Assembly: GCA_963835655.1 (NCBI GenBank) | Contig: CAWIGJ010000003.1 | Span: 868,372 to 932,371 of the forward strand | Source: an uncultured Chloroflexia bacterium | Lineage (GTDB): Bacteria > Chloroflexota > Dehalococcoidia > DSTF01 > JALHUB01 | Reading direction: 5' to 3' | Length of the DNA stretch: 64,000 nt | Shown: piece after piece, positions 18,340 to 28,421 of the stretch | Numbering within the stretch: position 1 is the stretch's first letter | How the letters are laid out: each line of letters begins with the position of its first letter | The notes under the pieces: model-generated | Told to the model about the DNA's origin: nothing | The model's input: the letters and a program-made list of their open reading frames with translations, nothing else | Database searches by the model: none | Translations under genes and position numbers: made by a program

Positions 18340-20580
18340 TCACGCCTCTATCTTCTCCAGCGGCGCATACGAAAGCAGCAGCTTTTTGATCCCCGCTTCG
18401 CCCCTGAACGCCACCGTCACCTTCTGGTCCGATCCCTCGAACTCGCAGCTCACGACGATTCCTTCGCCAAACCGCGAGTGCCGGACGTGGTCTCCTGCGG
18501 CGAATGCCGCCTCTGATGGCATCGGCGGCAACGGCTCCCCTTCGGGCGAAGTTGGTCGGTGGAAGGCGCGAATGTGCGTGCGCGGCGCTGCTGCCTGCTG
18601 TCCCGGCGACTCGGGCAGCGCGACAAGCTCCTGCGGGATGTCCTTCAGGAACCGCGACGACGGATTGTGCGTCGCCATGCCCATATGATGTCGCCGGAAC
18701 GCCCGCACAAGGTACAGGCGCTCCTTCGCTCGCGTGATGCCGACGTAGGCCAGCCGGCGCTCCTCCTCCATCTGCGATGGCTCATCGAAGGAGCGGATGT
18801 GCGGCAGCAGCCCTTCCTCCAGTCCGACAATGAAGACGACCGGAAACTCCAGCCCCTTCGCGGCGTGCAGCGTGATCAGCGTCGCCGCGTCCACCTTCTC
18901 GTCGTAGTCGTCGGTGTCCGTCATGAGGGCCGCTTCCTCCAGGAATGTCGGCAGCGACGCATCGGGCGCCAGTTCGTCGTACTCGGCGGCAACGTTCCGC
19001 AGCTCCTCGACGTTATCCCAGCGGTCCTCGCCGTCCTCGAACTCCGATAGCAGATACTGCCGGTAGTCGATGCTCTCCAGCAGGCGCGTCAGCAGGTCGG
19101 AGACCGTCAGCGAGGGCGCCTCTGTGATGAGGTCGTTGAGCAGCTCCAGGAATGCCAGCAACGCCTTGACGGTCCTCGAAGCGAAGGGATGACGGCGCTG
19201 CCCGGCGTCGTCGCCTGACGACTCTTGTTCCGCCACCAGCTGCAGCGCCGAGTAGGCAGGAATGCCCATCTCACTCGACCAGCGCTGTAGCTCCTCCAGC
19301 GTCCTCTGGCCGATCCCCCGCGCTGGCACGTTGATGACGCGCACCAGGCTCAGGCTGTCGAACGGATTGTGGATCAGCCGCAGGTAGGCAATCACGTCCT
19401 TGACTTCACGCCGCTCGTAGAAGCGCGTCCCGCCGACCAGCCGGTAGCGCAGGTTCTCGCGTACGAACACCTCCTCCAGCGGCCGTGACTGCGCGTTCGT
19501 GCGGTACATGACGGCGATATCGCCATAATGGTAGTCGCCCGAGCGCACCAGCGACTGCGCCTCGTTGGCGACAAACTCCGCCTCGTCCTCTTCGTCGTAT
19601 GCCTCGTACGCGATGATGGGCCCGCCGGGGCCCTTCTCCGTCCACAGCTTCTTCTCCTTGCGCTGCTGATTGACGCTGATGACGGAGTGCGCGGAATCGA
19701 GGATGTTCTGGGTCGAGCGGTAGTTCTGCTCCAGGTACACGACGCGGGCATCCGGATAATCGCGCTCGAAGTTGAGGATGTTGCGTAGGTCGGCGGAGCG
19801 CCAGGAGTAGATCGACTGGTCGGGGTCGCCGACCACGCAGATGTTGCGATGCAGTCCGGCAAACTGACGAGCCAGTACGTATTGTGCGACGTTCGTGTCC
19901 TGGAACTCGTCTATCAGCACGTGTAGGTAGCGCTCCTGGTACTTCCGCAGAACGTCCTCGTTTTGACGGAAAAGCAGCGCCGTCTTCAGCAGCAGGTCGT
20001 CGAAGTCTAGGGCGCTGTTGGCCTCCAGCGCCGCCTCGTACCGCTCATAGCCTCGTGAGACGATCTCTTCAAAGTAACTGGCGACCATCTTCGCGTACCC
20101 CTCCGGCGTCGTCAGCTCGCTCTTCGCCTTGGAGATGGCGGCGAGCACGGCCCGCGGCTGGTAGCGCTTCGGGTCGATTCCTACGTCGGACAAGACGCGT
20201 CGCATGACCGTCATCTGGTCGGCATCGTCGTAGATGACGAAGCCGCGGGCGACACCTGCCCGCTCGCCGTCGATGCGGAGGATGCGCGCGCACACGGCAT
20301 GGAACGTGCCGAGCGTCAGCGCCCGCGTCCGCTCGCCGATGAGGCCGTAGACGCGGTCGCGCATCTCTCGGGCCGCCTTGTTAGTGAAGGTGACAGCGAG
20401 CACGCGATACGGGTCGACGCCGCGCTCCGCAACTAGGTAGGCTATGCGGTGGGCGATAACCCGCGTCTTGCCGCTGCCGGGTCCGGCGAGTATCAGCAGT
20501 GGCCCTTCGGTCGTCTGCACGGCCTCTTGCTGAGGCGGATTGAGTCCCTCGAGAACGTTCATGCTTGCTGGTCTATTCAA
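18340..20580 (-). CDS. pcrA: ATP-dependent DNA helicase PcrA/UvrD
   Basis: GPGSGKT, DEFQDTN, VGDPDQSIY.WR, LEQNYRST, TLHAAKGLEF and EERRLAYVGITRA motifs plus a C-terminal Tudor-like domain. Confidence 0.96.
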   Translation of the reverse strand: MNRPASMNVLEGLNPPQQEAVQTTEGPLLILAGPGSGKTRVIAHRIAYLVAERGVDPYRVLAVTFTNKAAREMRDRVYGLIGERTRALTLGTFHAVCARILRIDGERAGVARGFVIYDDADQMTVMRRVLSDVGIDPKRYQPRAVLAAISKAKSELTTPEGYAKMVASYFEEIVSRGYERYEAALEANSALDFDDLLLKTALLFRQNEDVLRKYQERYLHVLIDEFQDTNVAQYVLARQFAGLHRNICVVGDPDQSIYSWRSADLRNILNFERDYPDARVVYLEQNYRSTQNILDSAHSVISVNQQRKEKKLWTEKGPGGPIIAYEAYDEEDEAEFVANEAQSLVRSGDYHYGDIAVMYRTNAQSRPLEEVFVRENLRYRLVGGTRFYERREVKDVIAYLRLIHNPFDSLSLVRVINVPARGIGQRTLEELQRWSSEMGIPAYSALQLVAEQESSGDDAGQRRHPFASRTVKALLAFLELLNDLITEAPSLTVSDLLTRLLESIDYRQYLLSEFEDGEDRWDNVEELRNVAAEYDELAPDASLPTFLEEAALMTDTDDYDEKVDAATLITLHAAKGLEFPVVFIVGLEEGLLPHIRSFDEPSQMEEERRLAYVGITRAKERLYLVRAFRRHHMGMATHNPSSRFLKDIPQELVALPESPGQQAAAPRTHIRAFHRPTSPEGEPLPPMPSEAAFAAGDHVRHSRFGEGIVVSCEFEGSDQKVTVAFRGEAGIKKLLLSYAPLEKIEA

Positions 20581-20681
20581 AGGGAAGAGATGTGTGGGCC
20601 TCTGTGCGGCAGAATCATTCTAGCACCGGCATCGCTGCCGCTCAACGAAGATCCTCGGCGATGACAAGACTTCCGGCAGCA

Positions 20682-20690
20682 TGCTATAAT
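20682..20690 (+). promoter_or_regulatory. Extended -10 promoter
   Basis: TGCTATAAT upstream of the gene at 20735. Confidence 0.5.
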
Positions 20691-20734
20691 CCTAGGACTG
20701 TGCCGCCGTCGCGGCCTTCGCACATTCGTAGGAG

Positions 20735-21349
20735 ATGAAGGCTATGCTGGCTCTTTGGGGACCGTTCTCCAGTTGGGAACAGGTGATAATGCTCATCGTT
20801 GCCCTTGCTGCTTCCTACTGGGCTATTCTCTGGCTCGGCGCCGCCATCTGGACGTATCGTGACATGAAGGACCGCGGCAGCGACTCGGCTTCGCAGGCCG
20901 TCGCAGTTCTCTTGGTGCTCGTCTTCAACTTGCCAGGACTCATTCTTTACCTCATACTCCGTCCGCACGAGACGCTGGCTGAAGCCTACGTCCGAAACCT
21001 GGAGACCGAGGCGATGCTCCACGAGATGAACGAGCAGGAGGTCTGCTACGCTTGCCAGAAGCACATCCGGCCCGACTTCGCCTTCTGCCCACACTGCCGG
21101 ACACGATTGCAGGAAGCCTGCGCCAACTGCGGCAGGCCGATGAGCCTTAACTGGGCCATCTGCGCCTACTGCGGACGGGAGCGCATGGCGGGTGCCACCT
21201 CTGTACCGCGGCCTGCGCCAAAACGAGTCCAGGTTGTTCCGCAATCCGGCAGCAGCGAACCGACGCCAATACTTTCGGTGAAACCGCTTTCGCCGGATGC
21301 CGGCCCTTCGGCAACGGACACTAGCCCTCGCAACGTTCCAGGGCTCTAG
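20735..21349 (+). CDS. Membrane protein with double zinc ribbon (DZR)
   Basis: Two TM helices, YLILRP, four CxxC pairs and a Pro-rich tail. Confidence 0.85.
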   Translation: MKAMLALWGPFSSWEQVIMLIVALAASYWAILWLGAAIWTYRDMKDRGSDSASQAVAVLLVLVFNLPGLILYLILRPHETLAEAYVRNLETEAMLHEMNEQEVCYACQKHIRPDFAFCPHCRTRLQEACANCGRPMSLNWAICAYCGRERMAGATSVPRPAPKRVQVVPQSGSSEPTPILSVKPLSPDAGPSATDTSPRNVPGL

Positions 21350-21477
21350 CCAGATCCGCTTTCTCGTCCTGGACCGCGGCTTCAATGCCTCGGCCTTATT
21401 CTATCGGGCAGCGTTGAGCGGATTCGCAACCGCTGATGCTATGATGAAACTTGATAAGCTCATTCGAAGGAGTTCCA

Positions 21478-21843
21478 GTGGCATCCCTAACCGTCGCCCT
21501 GACCGATGCCCCCTACGGCAAGCAGCGCTTCTATAGCGCGCTGCGCTTCCTCCTCGTTGCCCTGCACGAGGGACATAAGGCAAATCTATTCCTCATGGAA
21601 GACGCAGTCTTCGCAGCCAAGAAGGGGCAGGCACCGCCTGACATGCCGGTTGGCAATGGCATGCCGAACTGCGAGGAACTCCTCAAGGCTGCTATCGCCG
21701 AGGGACTAACCGTTCGGGCCTGCCGCGTCTGCTGCTCTGAACGGGGAGTCTGTGATGATGAGATCATCGACGGCACCAAGATCGGTTCGATGCTCGATCT
21801 CGTCAACTGGGTCATCGAAAGCGACAAGGCCCTCTTCATCTAG
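21478..21843 (+). CDS. DsrE family protein
   Basis: APYG..R..SALR, LFLMEDAV and ACRVCCSERG motifs; GTG after AAGGAG. Confidence 0.85.
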   Translation: MASLTVALTDAPYGKQRFYSALRFLLVALHEGHKANLFLMEDAVFAAKKGQAPPDMPVGNGMPNCEELLKAAIAEGLTVRACRVCCSERGVCDDEIIDGTKIGSMLDLVNWVIESDKALFI

Positions 21844-21875
21844 TTCGGGTCGTCGGTGGCCGAAGGAACGGCATT

Positions 21876-23105
21876 GTGGAACTGGAAATACGGCCGGTAA
21901 GTAGCGAAGAGCTGGAAGAATTCACCTTCGCCAACCTCTACGCCTTCAACCAGGACCGTCGCCCCGAAACCGTGCATGACGCGGCACTGCGGCTGGCAGA
22001 GCGCATTGACTGGGAACTGCCGCTGGGCGCCTACCTCGACGGTCGCCTCGTCGCCGGCCTCCGCGTCATCCTGTCGACTATGCGCATCAATGGCGCCGAA
22101 CTGCCGCTGGCTGGAATCGCCGGCGTCGCCTGCCTGCCGGAGCACCGCCGCAAGGGCTACGTCGGCGCCCTGCTCAAGCGCGCGTTGATGGACATGCACG
22201 ACAGCGGCCGTCTGCTCTCCGCCCTCTACACGCCGCATGTTGCGCTCTATCGGCGCTATGGCTGGGAGATCGCCGCTCGAAACGTCCGCTATTCCTTCGG
22301 CCCGAAGGCCGTAAAGACTCGCGTCCCGCCGCCGTCTGCCGGGAGCATTCGTCGCGTCACTGTCGATCAGTGGCCCCTTCTTGACACCCTCTACGAGCAG
22401 TACGCTGCGTCGCGGAATTGCGTCATTGCTCGTCCGGAGCATTGGTGGCGCAAGCGCATCTTCGGCTGGGAACGTGAGGTGCCCGATGTAGCAGTCTATG
22501 AGGACGGCGAAGGGCGTGCGCGTGGCTATATCATATACGCGACGCGCTCCGGCCAGCCGCCCGACCGACCCTGGCCTCAGACGCGAATGTGGGTGCGCGA
22601 GTTGGTTACACAGGATGGCGAAGCCTATATTGCCCTGATCAACTATCTCCTCTCGCACGACATGCACGAACGCATCGAAATGCAGGTGCCGCCTGATGAC
22701 CCACTCCTCAACCTCCTCGACGATCCGCACCAGGTCGAGGTGCAGGCGTGGTCTTCGCTGATGCTCCGCATTGTCGACGTGCCGGCGGCGCTGCGAGTGC
22801 GAGGCTGCCGGCCTCAGATTGAGGCACGGCGCTTCACCATCGCTGTCAGAGACAAAATATTGCCCTGGAACGAAGGGGCGTGGTCGGTCGAAGCGGCCGG
22901 AGACGTTTTGAACGTCGATCGATACTACGGCGAAGCAGATCTGACGCTCGACGCAACGGTTTTGGCGGCGGTCTTCTCAGGGCATCTGTCGGTCCAGGAA
23001 GCGGCCCGAGCCGGACTCATCGAAGTCGCGAGGCCGGAGACGGTGGATGCCGCAAACGCAGCGTTCGCTCTCGACCGTCCGCCATTCTGCCTCGACTACT
23101 TCTGA
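21876..23105 (+). CDS. Eis-like GNAT acetyltransferase with C-terminal SCP2-like domain
   Basis: VACLPEHRRKG, LYRRYGWE and MLRIVDV..AL motifs. Confidence 0.88.
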   Translation: MELEIRPVSSEELEEFTFANLYAFNQDRRPETVHDAALRLAERIDWELPLGAYLDGRLVAGLRVILSTMRINGAELPLAGIAGVACLPEHRRKGYVGALLKRALMDMHDSGRLLSALYTPHVALYRRYGWEIAARNVRYSFGPKAVKTRVPPPSAGSIRRVTVDQWPLLDTLYEQYAASRNCVIARPEHWWRKRIFGWEREVPDVAVYEDGEGRARGYIIYATRSGQPPDRPWPQTRMWVRELVTQDGEAYIALINYLLSHDMHERIEMQVPPDDPLLNLLDDPHQVEVQAWSSLMLRIVDVPAALRVRGCRPQIEARRFTIAVRDKILPWNEGAWSVEAAGDVLNVDRYYGEADLTLDATVLAAVFSGHLSVQEAARAGLIEVARPETVDAANAAFALDRPPFCLDYF

Positions 23106-23296
23106 CCGCCTCGCCCGTCACGTGCGTCGCTATCTGGCCCTCCCTCAATCAGCCGCCTTCATCCTCTCCGTCTCCCCTGCGGAAGGAGCGTGAAAAATAC
23201 CGCGCCCCGCGTAGAGAAAGCGCGAACATGCCTCTTCCGTAGCAGGAAATCCGCGCGTTCAAAACGAAACGCATGAGGATGAATCATCAAGGGGAC

Positions 23297-23325
23297 TTGA
23301 CATTCAGGGAAAGGCAGCTTAGTCT
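23297..23325 (+). promoter_or_regulatory. sigma70 promoter
   Basis: TTGACA-N17-TAGTCT. Confidence 0.65.
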
Positions 23326-23331
23326 CTTAGC

Positions 23332-23407
23332 GCGGCTAAGGGGGATTGGGCGCCAGGGGGTGGAGTGGGACCACCGGCAGTACAGCCCCGCCGCCGGAGG
23401 TTAGCCG
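23332..23407 (+). ncRNA. Candidate structured 5' leader (cis-regulatory RNA)
   Basis: CGGCTAA(23333-39) pairs with TTAGCCG(23401-07) next to the SD and ATG. Nested GGCG/CGCC, GGG/CCC and GGTGG/CCACC stems. Confidence 0.4.
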
Positions 23408-24598
23408 ATGTTTCTTAGGGAACGGATTACCAGGCGCCGCTTCATAGTCATGACGGCAGCCATGGCCGGTGTTGCCGCCACAAGTCTTGGCGCCAGCAGC
23501 TGTGAACCGCCTGACCCCGATCCGCTGGTCCCCACTCGCGGACGCGAGCAAGGTATGGCCCACTTGGCCTGGGCCTGGCACTTCGGCGTCGACGGCCCAC
23601 CCGAGAAGATGGCCTCTGTTCTGGCGCAGAACAATCTAGGGCTGATCCTCAAGACCCACAACGGTACCGATTGGATGTCGAAATGGGACACGTCGGAGTG
23701 GGCCATTACCGGCCCTGGCCGTGTACAGGTGCTCGCCAACTACTTTGAGAAATACGGCATTCCCTTCCACAGCTACTGGGTTGCACAAGGACTGAACCCG
23801 CAGCTCGAAGCTTCCATGTGCTCCGACGTCATCAATGCGGGTGCTCGCAGTATCTTCGTCGACCTGGAGCCATGGGCGGGTTACTGGCAGGGTTCAGAGC
23901 AAAATGCGCAGCTCTTCGTGCAGCAGTTTCAGCAACTTCAGCCGAACGGAACGCTATATCTCTGCGTCGAGCCGCGCCCATGGGTTATGCCCCGTATCCC
24001 GATGGCCGAATTCGTTTCGATCAGCCAGGGCATTGCCCCAATGATCTACTGGGACACCTTCAACACGCCGGACAACATCAACTACTTCAACTCGAACGGC
24101 TGTCCAGTCGGGCAGGAAGGCATCTGCCCGGAGTTTCTGCTCGATGTCTCCAACTCCATGTTCTCAGGCTACCGGCTTCCCATCTATCCGGTCGGGCAGG
24201 GTGCGTCCAGCTACGATGCTTGGGTGCGCTTCCTCACCCGCGCTTATCAACTGAACATGGGCGCCGTCTCCGTCTGGCGCTATGGCGTTGCTAACCCTCA
24301 GATCTGGCCACTGCTGCACTACAATCAGCCACGACCGGGCATAAGCTGGGGGCAAGCCAGTCTTGCCGTCGGTGGCACCGCTACCGTAACTAACACCGGT
24401 TCCTGCCTGAACGTGCGCGAGTCCCCTTCAGCATACGCACGTGTAACCGGTTGCCTGTTCGACGGCAATGTGGCGACCATCCGGGACGGTCCGGTGGATG
24501 CCGACGGCTATCGCTGGTGGCTGGTGGAAACGAGTTCCGCCAGCGGCTGGGTCGCAGACAGCGACGGACAAGGGACTGTCTGGCTCACACCTTCCTAG
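23408..24598 (+). CDS. Tat-exported (lipo)protein with glycoside-hydrolase-like barrel and C-terminal bacterial SH3 domain
   Basis: TRRRFI Tat motif, Cys after the h-region, and LNVRE.PS...DGPVDADGYRWW SH3_3-like tail. The catalytic family is uncertain. Confidence 0.7.
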   Translation: MFLRERITRRRFIVMTAAMAGVAATSLGASSCEPPDPDPLVPTRGREQGMAHLAWAWHFGVDGPPEKMASVLAQNNLGLILKTHNGTDWMSKWDTSEWAITGPGRVQVLANYFEKYGIPFHSYWVAQGLNPQLEASMCSDVINAGARSIFVDLEPWAGYWQGSEQNAQLFVQQFQQLQPNGTLYLCVEPRPWVMPRIPMAEFVSISQGIAPMIYWDTFNTPDNINYFNSNGCPVGQEGICPEFLLDVSNSMFSGYRLPIYPVGQGASSYDAWVRFLTRAYQLNMGAVSVWRYGVANPQIWPLLHYNQPRPGISWGQASLAVGGTATVTNTGSCLNVRESPSAYARVTGCLFDGNVATIRDGPVDADGYRWWLVETSSASGWVADSDGQGTVWLTPS

Positions 24599-24762
24599 TC
24601 GTCGCACAGTCTCCTGAGACAGCCCGTTTCTCGCTTTGTCTGGTAGCTACGGGCCGCAGATCGTTTAGCACAAGGGCGCGATTAGTGGCGTTCTGAGCGA
24701 AAAAGGGCGCCGTTGAGAGCTATCGGCAGGGTTCGCTAGTTACCGCGACCCGCGTACTTTGC

Positions 24763-24791
24763 TTGTCGGGCGGAACTTGATTGTCTATAAT
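24763..24791 (+). promoter_or_regulatory. sigma70 promoter of the tRNA cluster
   Basis: TTGTCG-N17-TATAAT. Confidence 0.65.
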
Positions 24792-24835
24792 AGGGTCGCT
24801 CCGCGAGATGTCGCTGGCATTAGGCGGAAGCGGAG

Positions 24836-24910
<75 letters not shown>

Positions 24911-24913
24911 ATC

Positions 24914-25002
24914 GCCGAAGTGGCGGAACAGGTAGACGCGACAGTCTCAAAAACTGTTGAGGGGCAACCCTCGTGCCGGTTCGATCCCGGCCTTCGGCAC
25001 CA
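24914..25002 (+). tRNA. trnL: tRNA-Leu(CAA)
   Basis: GCCGAAG acceptor, ACAGT-CTCAAAA-ACTGT anticodon arm, long variable arm, CCA. Confidence 0.96.
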
Positions 25003-25068
25003 TTCGCGTTGTCCACGTGAGAGGCGGGATGCACCCGCTTTCATTAGTGTGGGGATAGCTTGGATCGC

Positions 25069-25142
25069 TGCCGAGTGGTGTAATGGTAGCACCAGGGACT
25101 TTGGATCCCTTAGTCCAGGTTCGAGCCCTGGCTCGGCAGCCA
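25069..25142 (+). tRNA. trnQ: tRNA-Gln(TTG)
   Basis: TGCCGAG/CTCGGCA acceptor, AGGGA-CTTTGGA-TCCCT anticodon arm, CCA. Confidence 0.96.
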
Positions 25143-25161
25143 GGAAATCTTCTTGTGGTGC

Positions 25162-25237
25162 TCCCCGATAGCTCAATCGGTAGAGCGGGCGGCTGTTAAC
25201 CGCTAGGTTGCAGGTTCGAGTCCTGCTCGGGGAGCCA
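25162..25237 (+). tRNA. trnN: tRNA-Asn(GTT)
   Basis: TCCCCGA/TCGGGGA acceptor, CTGTTAA anticodon loop, CCA. Confidence 0.96.
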
Positions 25238-25340
25238 GTATCATACTCCCGTCGTTTTATCTTCTCTCTGCCCATCTTTGCTGATCACAATCCGTCGGAG
25301 CCGTATCCATCGATATTCAGAGTGGTGATACCATCCAGGC

Positions 25341-25802
25341 ATGGGGAAGTCGCGGCCTCCGACTGCACGCGTGGACGAAGCCGTTGTGGAGCTTGTGCCG
25401 AATACTGATCATAAGATACCGGCTCGCTGGGCGATTGATTGCGTCGAGCGCGTCATCCCATATTTCGAGAGAATGTATCCAGAAGGTTTCCGCCCCCGAA
25501 ACGCCCTCGAGACGCTTCAGGCATGGATAGATACGGGTGTGTTCAGAATGTCCGTGATCCGAAAGGCTTCGCTTGCAGCCCACGCTGCGGCCCGCGAAGT
25601 AGGGGAGGATAACGCAGCTCGCTTGGCTGCTCGCGCTGTTGGCTAGGCGGTGGCGACAGCGCACGTCGCCGGTCATTGCATCGGCGCTGCTTACTATGCT
25701 TTGCAGGCCGTCCTCAGGGCCAACCTATCTGACTCAAATGCTTCGATAGCCGCGGAGCGCGACTGGCAATTGGAGCACCTCCGGAAGCTTTCTCGAAGCT
25801 GA
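25341..25802 (+). pseudogene. Imm5-like 'putative immunity protein' interrupted by an in-frame TAG
   Basis: WAIDC.ERV...FE...RPR.A...AHAAARE...AARAVG*AVATAHV...ERDWQL; TAG at 25644-46 where Gln is expected; the frame continues to TGA 25800-02. Confidence 0.75.
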
Positions 25803-25941
25803 GATCGGCTGGAGCCCACTGCCTTCTGCCAAACGGACTTACTCTTCCAGTTCTGCCGTGGCCATGGTCTGCCTTATAGTGTCCGCCCCGATTTAGGCTG
25901 AGCTTTCCTCTAGACTCCGCCTTGCGCCTCAGATTCGACTC

Positions 25942-26799
25942 TTGGATCTGGGGCAACTTGCCGATTCTAAGTTGATGAGAGGAAACCGCTCACGTCGAGC
26001 GACGCTGCCTTTCCTGCTCGTGGGTATGTCGGCGGCGTTCGGCGTCTTCGCCCTGGCATCGCGGCGGCGGAGGCAGGACTCACAACTGCTTGAGAGCAGC
26101 TTGCAACCGGCTTGCGAAGTGCTGCCGGAGGCTGAAGCTATATCCGAGCCCGTCTCTGCGCCTAAGGATGTGCCCTCCGGCGGCCACGGCTTCCCTCGCA
26201 TACCCCTTGCCGCTTACGTGCTCGGATTATCCATCGCGCTGGTGCCTATTGCCGCCCAGGCGACCAGCCGCCTTGGTCTGGGGAACGATGCTCTCGTCTG
26301 TCAGTCGACGATGGAGGCTACCGATCCTTCTTGCAACAACCCTCTCGACGTCAAACACGCACGCGACAGTCTGGACAATGTCCTGGTCGCAGCGCAGCCC
26401 ACCGTCCCGAGACCAACACCCATAGCAGTACCAACACCTGAACCTGGCGCATCCCCTGAGGAAATTGCACCGGTCTATGTGGCGATGGCTTCGACGAGTT
26501 CGGGGATCACCTACGGAATCGCGACGTGGTACGGGATAGTAGATGGCTTCGGCCCGGAAGATACGATGGCCAACGGCGACCAATTCAATCCCTACGATCC
26601 CACTACCACAGCCGCCAACCGCTGGCCGCTGGGCACCTGGCTAAACGTTTGCCACGAGGACCGCTGCATCAACGTCCGTGTCACTGATCGCGGCGGCTTC
26701 ACTCACGCGCTTGACCTCTCGATGGCCGCCTTCGAATCGCTGGCCCCTCTCAGCAGCGGCGTTATCGACGTCTCTATTCAGGTTATCAGCTACCCTTAG
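25942..26799 (+). CDS. Membrane-anchored RlpA-like double-psi beta-barrel protein
   Basis: GIATWYG...ANG..F...TAA....LGT...V.V.DRG....LDLS..AF motif with a Pro/Thr linker. The start may be ATG 25975. Confidence 0.8.
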   Translation: MDLGQLADSKLMRGNRSRRATLPFLLVGMSAAFGVFALASRRRRQDSQLLESSLQPACEVLPEAEAISEPVSAPKDVPSGGHGFPRIPLAAYVLGLSIALVPIAAQATSRLGLGNDALVCQSTMEATDPSCNNPLDVKHARDSLDNVLVAAQPTVPRPTPIAVPTPEPGASPEEIAPVYVAMASTSSGITYGIATWYGIVDGFGPEDTMANGDQFNPYDPTTTAANRWPLGTWLNVCHEDRCINVRVTDRGGFTHALDLSMAAFESLAPLSSGVIDVSIQVISYP

Positions 26800-27572
26800 C
26801 GCCCGTTGTAGACGGCCTTTCGCTTCTCAGCGAATGCGAGGGGCCCTTCCTTCGCGTCATCGGTGGTGTGAACGAAGACCGAGAAGAGTGATTCCATTCG
26901 CAGCCCGTCCATGAGCGGCAGGTCGAGACCCTTCCATGCCGCCTCCTTTACCAATCGGACCGCTATCGGAGCACTTTCATTGATCCGCTCGGCTAACTCC
27001 AGCGCGGCCTTCAGCACTTCGCCCTGGGGGACGATGTGGCTCACCAGCCCGATCCGGTAAGCTTCCTTGGCGTCGATGTGCTGCCCCGTGAACATCATCT
27101 CCAAGGCGATGCTTGGCGGCACCACGCGCGGTAGGACTTGCGTTCCTCCATCGCCGGGGATGATGCCGCGTGTCACCTCAGTCAATGCGAAGGCTGCGTT
27201 CTCGGACGCGATGCGAATGTCGCAGGCCAGCGCGAGCTCGAGGCCGCCCGCGAGGCAGTAGCCATTGACGGCGGCAATAATTGGCTTCCAAAGTTGAATG
27301 TTGCGAAGGACAACTGCCATCGTCGACATAGTGATGTCGGCGCGGTGTCGCTGCTGGCGGAGGCTCATCTCCTTCAGGTCAGCGCCGGCGGAGAACGCCT
27401 TGTTGCCGCTGCCAGTGAGGACGAGCGTGCGGGCCTCGTCATCGTCGCGGAACTTGAGGAACGACTCCCGCAGCTCGGCGGCCACCTCCTGGTTGATGGC
27501 GTTCATCGCCTCCGGCCGGTTGAGCGTCAGCACGATGGTCCGGTCGCGCTTCTCGTAGAGAACGACGGGCAT
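26796..27572 (-). CDS. Enoyl-CoA hydratase/isomerase
   Basis: LNRPEAMNA, AFSAGADL, GYCLAGGLEL and F.EKRK motifs. Confidence 0.93.
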   Translation of the reverse strand: MPVVLYEKRDRTIVLTLNRPEAMNAINQEVAAELRESFLKFRDDDEARTLVLTGSGNKAFSAGADLKEMSLRQQRHRADITMSTMAVVLRNIQLWKPIIAAVNGYCLAGGLELALACDIRIASENAAFALTEVTRGIIPGDGGTQVLPRVVPPSIALEMMFTGQHIDAKEAYRIGLVSHIVPQGEVLKAALELAERINESAPIAVRLVKEAAWKGLDLPLMDGLRMESLFSVFVHTTDDAKEGPLAFAEKRKAVYNGR

Positions 27573-27646
27573 AGCATCCTCCTCTCCCGTCAGGCCACTC
27601 TTGGAGTTTTGTTAGGAGTAATCGACTTGACGCCGACGACTGAATG

Positions 27647-28219
27647 CTACCAGTTCTCGGCCAGCAACTCAAAGAACGCTTTGGCGTGCTTGCAGGCAGG
27701 GCATGCATCGGGAGGTTCGGTGCTCGTGTGGACGTAGCCACAGTTCCGGCAAACCCAGCGCACTGGCTGGTCCTTCTTGAACACTTTGCCTTCGCGCACG
27801 TTTGCCAGGAGCGCGTTGTAACGCTTCTCGTGCTGCTTCTCAGCGACGGCGATGGCCCGGAACGTCTTCGCAATCTCGTCGAAGCCCTCTTCCAGCGCGA
27901 TTCTCGAGAACTCTGGGTACATCTCGCTGTGCTCGTAGCGCTCGCCCGCGGCCGACTCTTCGAGATTCGAGGCCGTCTCACCGATGACGCCAGCGGGAAA
28001 CGAAGCGACGACTTCAGCGGCTCCGCCTTGGAGGTACTTGAAGAGTTGCTTCGCGTGTTCTCGCTCGTTGTCCGCGGTCTCCAAGAAAAGGGCCGCTATC
28101 TGTTCCAGCCCTTCCTTGCGTGCCTGACTGGCGAAGAAAGTGTAGCGGTTCCGCGCCTGCGACTCTCCGGCGAAAGCCGTGAGGAGGTTTCGTTCGGTTT
28201 TCGAGCCTTTCAGCTCCAT
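27647..28219 (-). CDS. rbr: Rubrerythrin
   Basis: AFAGESQARNRY, NEREHA, E..YE...MYP, EKQHE and a C-terminal rubredoxin CRNCGY...CPAC. Confidence 0.95.
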   Translation of the reverse strand: MELKGSKTERNLLTAFAGESQARNRYTFFASQARKEGLEQIAALFLETADNEREHAKQLFKYLQGGAAEVVASFPAGVIGETASNLEESAAGERYEHSEMYPEFSRIALEEGFDEIAKTFRAIAVAEKQHEKRYNALLANVREGKVFKKDQPVRWVCRNCGYVHTSTEPPDACPACKHAKAFFELLAENW

Positions 28220-28421
28220 TGTTCTCTCCTTTTGGGAATGGCAGGCGTGGACGCCCGCGATCGCGACGCTATGCTTCATTCTACGAGATGGCGGTCGCCG
28301 AGTGTAGATGGGGCAGCGACGAAATGTCGCTTCTCCGCCAGTTACTCGCGTGCCGCCGGGATATTCATGGGACCGTGCCGGGGAGATAGGAGAGAAGGGC
28401 AGATATTGAGGGTAGGTTGTC

